Below, in pieces: positions 58,111-64,000 of a DNA stretch of 64,000 nt. The translations under genes were made by a program, and so were the position numbers. Origin of the DNA: Acutalibacteraceae bacterium (lineage in GTDB: Bacteria > Bacillota > Clostridia > Oscillospirales > Acutalibacteraceae); contig JAZSQO010000008.1 in NCBI GenBank assembly GCA_045538015.1, positions 1,759 to 65,758 on the forward strand. The letters are read 5' to 3'. Position 1 is the first letter of the stretch, and each line of letters starts with the position of its first letter. Below the pieces are notes generated by a model. That model did not search any database. It saw only the letters and a program-made list of their open reading frames with translations, and had not been told where the DNA came from.

Positions 58111-61026
58111 ATGATGTCAGAAAACACCGTAATGAAAAGGGTTCCCATGGACGTTCCGTTTGCGGCGGAGGATACGGCGCGATATATTTTCGTCAGCTAC
58201 GCCCACGACGACAGCAAGATGGTTTTCCCGATCATTGAAAAGCTGTACGAAATGGGCTGGCATGTCTGGTACGACCAGGGCATCGAGATCAACACCAACT
58301 ATCACAACGTAATCGCCGACCACGTTCTGGGCTGCGAAGTTGTGCTGCTGTTTGTTTCAAAGGTCTCGGTTACCCGCGATTATGTTACCGATACGGAGGT
58401 AGGCTTCGCGCTGGATAACAAAAAGCGGGTTGTGTTCTGCTTTCTTGATGAATCGGAGCTGCCCAGCGGAATCCGGTCCCGCGTCCGTGATACGGAGCGC
58501 CACCCCCGCACCACCCCCGATGGGCTTTGCAAAGTCCTTGAGAGCATAAAAGAGCTGACAAGAGTACCTAAGCGCAAGGCGAAGGGCATCAGGATAAACG
58601 CGCAGGAGAAAGGCGACCTTGCCGTTTCCAACGAAAGCGACGAATACAAATCGGTAGCCATGGACAACGGCGGCGTTCGCCTGACGGAATACAAAGGAAA
58701 CGCCGAGAATGTGGTGGTTCCCGCCCGGTGGAAGGGTCGTCCTGTGGTGGAGTTGAGGATGACTTTTTGGAACAATAAACGCGTAAAATCCGTCACGATA
58801 CCGGACAGCGTGACAAGCATTGGCACTAGTGTATTCTACGGATGCAGCAGCCTTACCGCCATCACGATACCGGACAGCGTCACGAGCATTTGCGGTAGTG
58901 CATTCCGAGGCTGCAGAAGCCTTACCGCCATCACGATACCGGACAGCGTGACGAGCATTGGCGATTATGCATTCCGAGGCTGCAGCAGCCTTACCGTCAT
59001 TACGATACCGGACAGCGTGACGAGCATTGGCGATTCGGCATTTTACGATTGCAGCAGCCTTACGGTTGAATGCGAAGGGAATTCTTATGCGTATCGATAC
59101 ACGAAAAAAGAAAAAATCCCCGTTCGCACAGTAAAGCTTGAAAAAACGCTTAAAAAAAAGAAAAAAAACACAAAACGTACCGCATCAGGCAAGATGCCAT
59201 TTGTCAGCGATAAAGAAGCGCCATTCGTATACTGTAGCTACGCCCACGAAAACGCAGATATCGTTTTCCCGATAATGAAAAGGCTCCATGACGATGGATT
59301 CAATATCCGGTATGATGAACTTGACCGCGACCCGTACGAATGCGCCGGCGAGATAAGGGACTGTGCGTATTTCCTTGCTTTCCTTACGCCTGCGTATATT
59401 GACTCTGCAATAAGTGAACTGAGACATTCCTTGCCGCAGGGAAGAATACTTTATTGGCTGGAAGCCTGCAAGCTGCCCAATGACATGGAAATGAATCAAG
59501 GCTGTATTCAGGGGCTTTGCGGCTGGGAACGCACCTATGAGGATATATTAACCACTATTGAAGCCACCCTCGATAAAGGCGGCTGCCGTGGTCGGCGTAC
59601 CGCTGTTATCCCTGATTTTGAATATCGGGCTGACGACACGGGCATAACGCTTTTGAAATATACCGGCAAGAGTGAAAATGTTGTTATTAAGTCGGAGTAT
59701 TCCGGCTTGCCTGTGACGAGCATTGGTTGGTCTGCATTCTCCGGCTGCAGCAGCCTTACCGCCATCACGATACCGGACAGCGTGACGAGCATTGGCGAGT
59801 GGGCATTCTCCGACTGCAGCAGCCTTACCGCCATCACGATACCGGACAGCGTGACGAGTATTGGCGATTCGGCGTTCCGGTGCTGCACCTCGCTGACGCA
59901 GATCACCATCCCCGACAGCGTGACGAGTATTGGCGATTCGGCGTTCGCACGATGCACTGGTTTAATATCCATAAACATATCTGATGGAAACAAACAATAC
60001 AAGTCAGTAAATGGGGTTTTGTATTCCATCGATGGCACAGCAATAATTGCATGCCCCGGTGGGCGGTACGGAAATTTCACCATCCCTGACGGCGTGACAA
60101 GTATTGGCTATTCGGCGTTCGACGGCTGCGCCTCGCTGACTCAGATCAATATCCCTGACGGCGTGACAAGTATTGGCTATTCGGCGTTCTCCGACTGCAC
60201 CTCGCTGACGCAGATCACCATCCCAGACAGTGTGACGAGTATTGGCGATTGGGCGTTTAACGGCTGCACCTCGCTGACACAGATCACCATCCCCGACGGC
60301 GTGACCGGTATTGGAAATTGGGCGTTCGACCGCTGCACCTCGCTGACGCAGATCACGATCCCCGACAGCGTGACAAGTATTGGCAATTCGGCGTTCGAAC
60401 GCTGCACCTCGCTGACGCAGATCACCATCCCCGACAGCGTGACAGTTATTGGCGATTCGGCGTTCCGCGGCTGCACCTCGCTGACGCAGATCACCATCCC
60501 CGACAGCGTGACAAGTATTGGCGATTATGCGTTCTACGGCTGTACCGCTCTGACGCAGATTACCATCCCCTACGGCGTGACAAGTATTGGCTATGAGGCA
60601 TTCTACGGCTGCACCGCTCTGACGCAGATCACCATCCCCGACAGTGTGACAAGCATTGGCAAGTGGGCATTCGATGGTTGCGATGACCTTACCGTCTACT
60701 GCTCCGAAAACTCCCACGCTTGGCAGTATTGCGAGGAGAACAAAATCAAGCACAAGCCCCTTGCGGCTCAGGCTCCCACTGAAACCGCAATCTCCGAAGA
60801 AATCCCCGCCGCGCTTCCCGAAACAGCTCCGGCGGCTTGCCCGGAAACCGTGGCTGAACCCTCGGCAGAGATTCCTGCGGACACCCCGGCAAAGTCCGCC
60901 CCCACACCCCGCAAAAAATCCCCCGCCCGCTGGCTTGTTCCCCTCCTCGTCCTCCTCGCCCTTGCCGCAGCTGCCGGACTGCAGCTCTCCGGGCTGTTGG
61001 ATATCCTCGGACTTCTCGGGCTGTAA
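58111..61026 (+). CDS. TIR-LRR-TIR-LRR protein with C-terminal transmembrane anchor (971 aa)
   Basis: The two TIR-like domains are 'RYIFVSYAHDDSKMVFPIIEKLYEMGWHVWYDQ' and 'PFVYCSYAHENADIVFPIMKRLHDDGFNIRYDE'. BspA-type 23-aa LRRs read 'LTQITIPDSVTSIGDSAFxxCTS' (4 + about 12 copies). The C-terminus is a Pro/Ala/Glu linker plus 'WLVPLLVLLALAAAAGLQL'. RBS is ggagggg. Confidence 0.88.
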   Translation: MMSENTVMKRVPMDVPFAAEDTARYIFVSYAHDDSKMVFPIIEKLYEMGWHVWYDQGIEINTNYHNVIADHVLGCEVVLLFVSKVSVTRDYVTDTEVGFALDNKKRVVFCFLDESELPSGIRSRVRDTERHPRTTPDGLCKVLESIKELTRVPKRKAKGIRINAQEKGDLAVSNESDEYKSVAMDNGGVRLTEYKGNAENVVVPARWKGRPVVELRMTFWNNKRVKSVTIPDSVTSIGTSVFYGCSSLTAITIPDSVTSICGSAFRGCRSLTAITIPDSVTSIGDYAFRGCSSLTVITIPDSVTSIGDSAFYDCSSLTVECEGNSYAYRYTKKEKIPVRTVKLEKTLKKKKKNTKRTASGKMPFVSDKEAPFVYCSYAHENADIVFPIMKRLHDDGFNIRYDELDRDPYECAGEIRDCAYFLAFLTPAYIDSAISELRHSLPQGRILYWLEACKLPNDMEMNQGCIQGLCGWERTYEDILTTIEATLDKGGCRGRRTAVIPDFEYRADDTGITLLKYTGKSENVVIKSEYSGLPVTSIGWSAFSGCSSLTAITIPDSVTSIGEWAFSDCSSLTAITIPDSVTSIGDSAFRCCTSLTQITIPDSVTSIGDSAFARCTGLISINISDGNKQYKSVNGVLYSIDGTAIIACPGGRYGNFTIPDGVTSIGYSAFDGCASLTQINIPDGVTSIGYSAFSDCTSLTQITIPDSVTSIGDWAFNGCTSLTQITIPDGVTGIGNWAFDRCTSLTQITIPDSVTSIGNSAFERCTSLTQITIPDSVTVIGDSAFRGCTSLTQITIPDSVTSIGDYAFYGCTALTQITIPYGVTSIGYEAFYGCTALTQITIPDSVTSIGKWAFDGCDDLTVYCSENSHAWQYCEENKIKHKPLAAQAPTETAISEEIPAALPETAPAACPETVAEPSAEIPADTPAKSAPTPRKKSPARWLVPLLVLLALAAAAGLQLSGLLDILGLLGL

Positions 61027-61061
61027 TATCATAATTATCCCCACAACACAATAAAAGACGA

Positions 61062-61108
61062 GGGCAGCCGCGGAAATCGTATCCTGCGGCTGCCCTTTCA
61101 TATTTCTT
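61062..61108 (+). terminator. Intrinsic terminator of the TIR-LRR gene
   Basis: gggcagccgc / gcggctgccc stem followed by a T-rich run. Confidence 0.75.
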
Positions 61109-61119
61109 GATTATCCAAG

Positions 61120-61170
61120 ATAAACAACAAATCCGAACCCCTCACCAACAGGTACATGGTTCGGATTTGT
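61120..61170 (-). terminator. Terminator after tRNA-Leu
   Basis: acaaatccgaacc / ggttcggatttgt stem followed by 'tgtttatctt' on the minus strand. Confidence 0.6.
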
Positions 61171-61176
61171 CATGTC

Positions 61177-61263
61177 TGGTGCCGGTGACCGGGATCGAAC
61201 CGGTACGCTGTTGCCAGCACGGGATTTTAAGTCCCGGGCGTCTGCCAGTTCCGCCACACCGGC
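61177..61263 (-). tRNA. tRNA-Leu (anticodon UAA), CCA encoded
   Basis: The minus strand reads gccggtgtggcggaactggcagacgcccgggaCTTAAAAtcccgtgctggcaacagcgtaccggttcgatcccggtcaccggcacca. It has a 7-bp acceptor stem, a long variable arm and a GGTTCGATCC T-arm. Confidence 0.95.
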
Positions 61264-61292
61264 GTGTGGTTGTTTGTCTATTATAACAGCAA

Positions 61293-61326
61293 ACGGCGGG
61301 AAAAGCAATGCTCACTTTCCCGCCGT
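61293..61326 (-). terminator. Terminator of the 61359-62615 gene
   Basis: acggcgggaaa...tttcccgccgt hairpin. Confidence 0.6.
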
Positions 61327-61358
61327 CTGTAACTTTTTGTCACTTCGATACGCCCGCC

Positions 61359-62615
61359 TCAATCGTGGTCCCTCATATAGATATCCCAGCGGGAGTTGCC
61401 GTCGGCGGCCATGAAGTAGTAGTCGCGCACCTCGGTGCCGTCGGCGTTGCTGTCGGCCTCCACGTCGAGGTAGTAGACGATGCCGTTGACCGACATCCGG
61501 TTCCAGTAGTGGCGCACCGAGCGCTCAAATTCCGTGTCGCGGTTGAGCACGAAGCTGCCGCTGACCACGTCGCAGCGGTATCCGGCGGCCTCGATGAGGG
61601 CGGCCAGCACAGCCGAATAGTGCTGGCTGGTGCCGCCGTTGTAGGCGAAGTAATCCCGCAGGAGGGAGAGCTGATCCTCGCCGCTCATTTCGTACTCCTG
61701 ATAGGTGGAGTGGGTGCCCACATAGTTGTACAGCGCCTTGAGCTTGGCGAAGTTGGACATATCGTCGGTGATGACGCTTCGGATTATCTCGATGAGCTTG
61801 GCGTTGATCTCCACGTCCTCGGTGTAGGTGGGAGAGCCGGCGGTGTTGCCTATGGTGGCGGGGAACTGGTAGTCGATGTGCACGCCTTCCTCGTTCACAT
61901 CCAGCTTCGAGGCCTGCTCAAAGAGGCTGGCCACCTCGCCGTAATTCACGCTTTCGGCCTCGGTGATGATGAATTCGTCATACACCCGCTCGTCCATGAA
62001 TACCTCCTCCATGGGATCGAGCATACCGGCACGCAGGTCGCGGATGTAGATGACGGTGAAAACGATGACGGCCACCACGGCCACAGCGCCCACAAGGATC
62101 ATCAGAGCCGAGCGGAGGATGTCCCACGGGGACATATAGCGCATATCGGACATGGTCTGGTCGGCCAGCACCGAGAAGATGGTGGATTTGCCGGGAACGG
62201 GTATCAGCCGCCACGGGTCGATGTCCGCGGTCTTGGTTATGCGTTCCCAGATATCCTCCTTGAGAGATTCGCTGACGGTGGACGCGGCGGTGAAGCTGCT
62301 TCCGTCCTCCACCAGAACCAGCAGCCGGGAGCGCAGAAGGCCGCGAAAGGCCTTCTGGACGCATTCCTGCTGCCATTTATCCACCGACTCGGCGCCGCGC
62401 AGCTCGGCGATGTGCTCGAACATATAGATGTACGAGTCACGGGTGATGAGCTCGGCGTCCTTGCGGTTGGGGCTGCATTCGTGGCTGTAGTAGTAGATGG
62501 TGCTGCAGGTGCGGTTGTACAGCTGGAGGAAATTCTCCCGCTTGCCGTCACGGCTCTTGGTGCTCTTCTGCTTGGTGAAGGTGCGCCTGCGCAGGTCTTT
62601 TTTGCTTTCGGACAT
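61359..62615 (-). CDS. Single-pass membrane protein: N-terminal sigma-70-region-2-like segment, TM helix, C-terminal transglutaminase-like domain
   Basis: The TM helix is 'ALMILVGAVAVVAVIVFTVIYI'. The C-terminal block is 'GGTSQHYSAVLAALIEAAGYRCDVVSG...RHYWNRM...YYLDVE'. Confidence 0.65.
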   Translation of the reverse strand: MSESKKDLRRRTFTKQKSTKSRDGKRENFLQLYNRTCSTIYYYSHECSPNRKDAELITRDSYIYMFEHIAELRGAESVDKWQQECVQKAFRGLLRSRLLVLVEDGSSFTAASTVSESLKEDIWERITKTADIDPWRLIPVPGKSTIFSVLADQTMSDMRYMSPWDILRSALMILVGAVAVVAVIVFTVIYIRDLRAGMLDPMEEVFMDERVYDEFIITEAESVNYGEVASLFEQASKLDVNEEGVHIDYQFPATIGNTAGSPTYTEDVEINAKLIEIIRSVITDDMSNFAKLKALYNYVGTHSTYQEYEMSGEDQLSLLRDYFAYNGGTSQHYSAVLAALIEAAGYRCDVVSGSFVLNRDTEFERSVRHYWNRMSVNGIVYYLDVEADSNADGTEVRDYYFMAADGNSRWDIYMRDHD

Positions 62616-62672
62616 CTGAGGTCATCACCGCCTTTCGTCGGGTGGATAGATTTTTTATAATTCTGAATGATC

Positions 62673-64000
62673 TTAGATCTTGAAGTAGTTTACGCCGGAC
62701 TCGAACAGCAGCTGATCCTTGCTGCCCGGGACATTCTTGATGATGTCGCTGCCCTTGCGCTCGGAGTGACCCATCTGGCCCAGCACGCGGCCATCGGGAG
62801 AGGTGATACCCTCCACCGACCATGCCGAGCCGTTGGGATTCCACAGCACGTCGGCGCTGGGAGCGCCGGCCTCGTCGCAGTACTGGAAGGCGATCTGACC
62901 GTTGGCGGCCAGCTGGCGGAGAGTCTCCTCGTCGGCCACGAAGCGGCCTTCGCCGTGGGACACGGGGATGGAGAACACGTCGCCGGCCTCACATCCGGCC
63001 AGCCACGGGGACTTGACCGAGGTCACGCGGGTGTAGACCATGCGGGAGACGTGGCGGCCCAGAGTGTTGAAGGTGAGGGTGGGATCGTTGGCGCCGATCT
63101 CTCTGATGGAGCCGCCGGGCAGCAGACCCAGCTTGATGAGAGCCTGGAAGCCGTTGCAGATACCCAGCATCAGGCCGTCGCGCTGCTCCAGCAGGCGGGC
63201 GACCGCTTCGGCAACTCTGGGATTGCGGAAGGTGGTGGCGATGAACTTGCCCGAGCCGTCGGGCTCGTCGCCGCCGGAGAAGCCGCCGGGCAGCATGATC
63301 ATCTGGCTGCGGTCGATTATCTGAGCCATCTTCTCGATGGTCTGCTCAATGTCGCTGGGAGTGAGGTTGCGCACCACCAGCAGCTCAACATTGGCTCCGG
63401 CCAGCTCGAAGGCGCGGGCGGAGTCGTTCTCGCAGTTGGTGCCGGGGAAGGCGGGAATGAACACGGTGGGCTTGCTCTCTCTGGTGATAATGGAGGGAGC
63501 GGCGGCGCGCTCGGTGTAAAGCTCGGCCTCGCCCACGGTGCCTTCGCCGGCGGGACGATTGGGGAATATGGGCTCAAGGGTGGACATCCAGGACTTCTCC
63601 AGAGTCTCAAGAGCCATGGCCTGACCGAAGAGAGTGATCTCCTCCTCGGGCATGGTCAGACCCAGACGGCTGCACTCGATGCCGTCCAGAACGCTCTTGT
63701 CGCCGTTGAGCTCGAGGATCAGGCAGCCGATCTGGGGAGCGTACAGCACCGAGGGATCGGCCATGTCGTCAAAGCTGAAGCCCACGCGGTTGCCGAAGCA
63801 CATCTTGCTCACGGCGGCGGCGATACCGCCCTCGCCCACCACGGAGGCGGCGCAGACGGCGCCGGTGCTCACGGCGCTGAACACCTTGGAGTAAACAGCG
63901 CGCAGGGCGGGATAGTCGGGCATCATGTTTTCATTGGTGGGCACGGGAACGAACACCACCTGATGGCCGGCGGCCTTGAAGGCGGCGGAAACGGTGCGCT
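62673..64000 (-). CDS. purL: Phosphoribosylformylglycinamidine synthase, large single-chain type. This is the C-terminal part; the gene continues past the 3' window edge.
   Basis: The glutaminase domain reads 'FIPAFPGTNCENDSARAF...MLPGGFSGGDEPDGSGK...LGICNGFQALIKLGLLPGG...HGEGRF'. The frame stays open to position 64000. Confidence 0.9.
   Translation of the reverse strand, partial: RTVSAAFKAAGHQVVFVPVPTNENMMPDYPALRAVYSKVFSAVSTGAVCAASVVGEGGIAAAVSKMCFGNRVGFSFDDMADPSVLYAPQIGCLILELNGDKSVLDGIECSRLGLTMPEEEITLFGQAMALETLEKSWMSTLEPIFPNRPAGEGTVGEAELYTERAAAPSIITRESKPTVFIPAFPGTNCENDSARAFELAGANVELLVVRNLTPSDIEQTIEKMAQIIDRSQMIMLPGGFSGGDEPDGSGKFIATTFRNPRVAEAVARLLEQRDGLMLGICNGFQALIKLGLLPGGSIREIGANDPTLTFNTLGRHVSRMVYTRVTSVKSPWLAGCEAGDVFSIPVSHGEGRFVADEETLRQLAANGQIAFQYCDEAGAPSADVLWNPNGSAWSVEGITSPDGRVLGQMGHSERKGSDIIKNVPGSKDQLLFESGVNYFKI

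Noticed and set aside
59535-61101. Minus-strand ORFs (182 aa and 365 aa) inside the TIR-LRR gene
   Set aside because: They are periodic artefacts of the 69-bp repeat read antisense, with no start context.
61111-61308. 65-aa ORF on the minus strand
   Set aside because: It overlaps tRNA-Leu. The peptide 'AGVAELADARDLKS' is simply the tRNA read as protein.
61308-62660. 450-aa plus-strand ORF
   Set aside because: It is antisense to the transglutaminase-like gene and is Gly/Val/Ala/His low-complexity.

Overview
This is a high-G+C Firmicutes chromosomal window. By gene content it looks Clostridia / Oscillospiraceae-like, but the taxon is my inference. All calls come from reading the sequence and the ORF track by eye; no searches were run.

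The housekeeping backbone includes:
- uxuA, pduL, a family-4 UDG, trmK, rpmB, pdxK
- smpB, recR, ybaB, dnaX preceded by a short SRP RNA
- pnuC, tRNA-Leu(UAA), and the 3' part of purL

The accessory content is:
1. A 971-aa protein built as TIR-LRR-TIR-LRR with a C-terminal membrane anchor (58111-61026). It lies between pnuC and tRNA-Leu. A second TIR protein, TIR-Sel1, is cut by the 5' window edge.
2. Two giant sortase-type surface proteins on the minus strand. One is 2231 aa (LRR plus Listeria-Bacteroides repeats). The other is 3319 aa (CBM-like, fibro-slime/PA14-like, and about 20 DUF11 repeats).
3. A dense family of mosaic intergenic repeats in at least 8 loci. Each combines an AT-rich ~45-bp block with arrays of GC-rich hairpins ending in CCTAC. 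One cluster is split by an IS630-family element with a TA duplication and an A7 frameshift site.
4. A 709-bp intergenic region upstream of a two-component operon. It holds a higher-order tandem array of seven 21-bp units and an A-rich microsatellite.
5. A duplicated membrane-protein gene pair with duplicated promoter, leader hairpin and upstream motif.

The many long ORFs antisense to real genes are high-G+C shadow ORFs and were rejected. No CRISPR array, rRNA, tmRNA, reverse transcriptase or prophage was seen.
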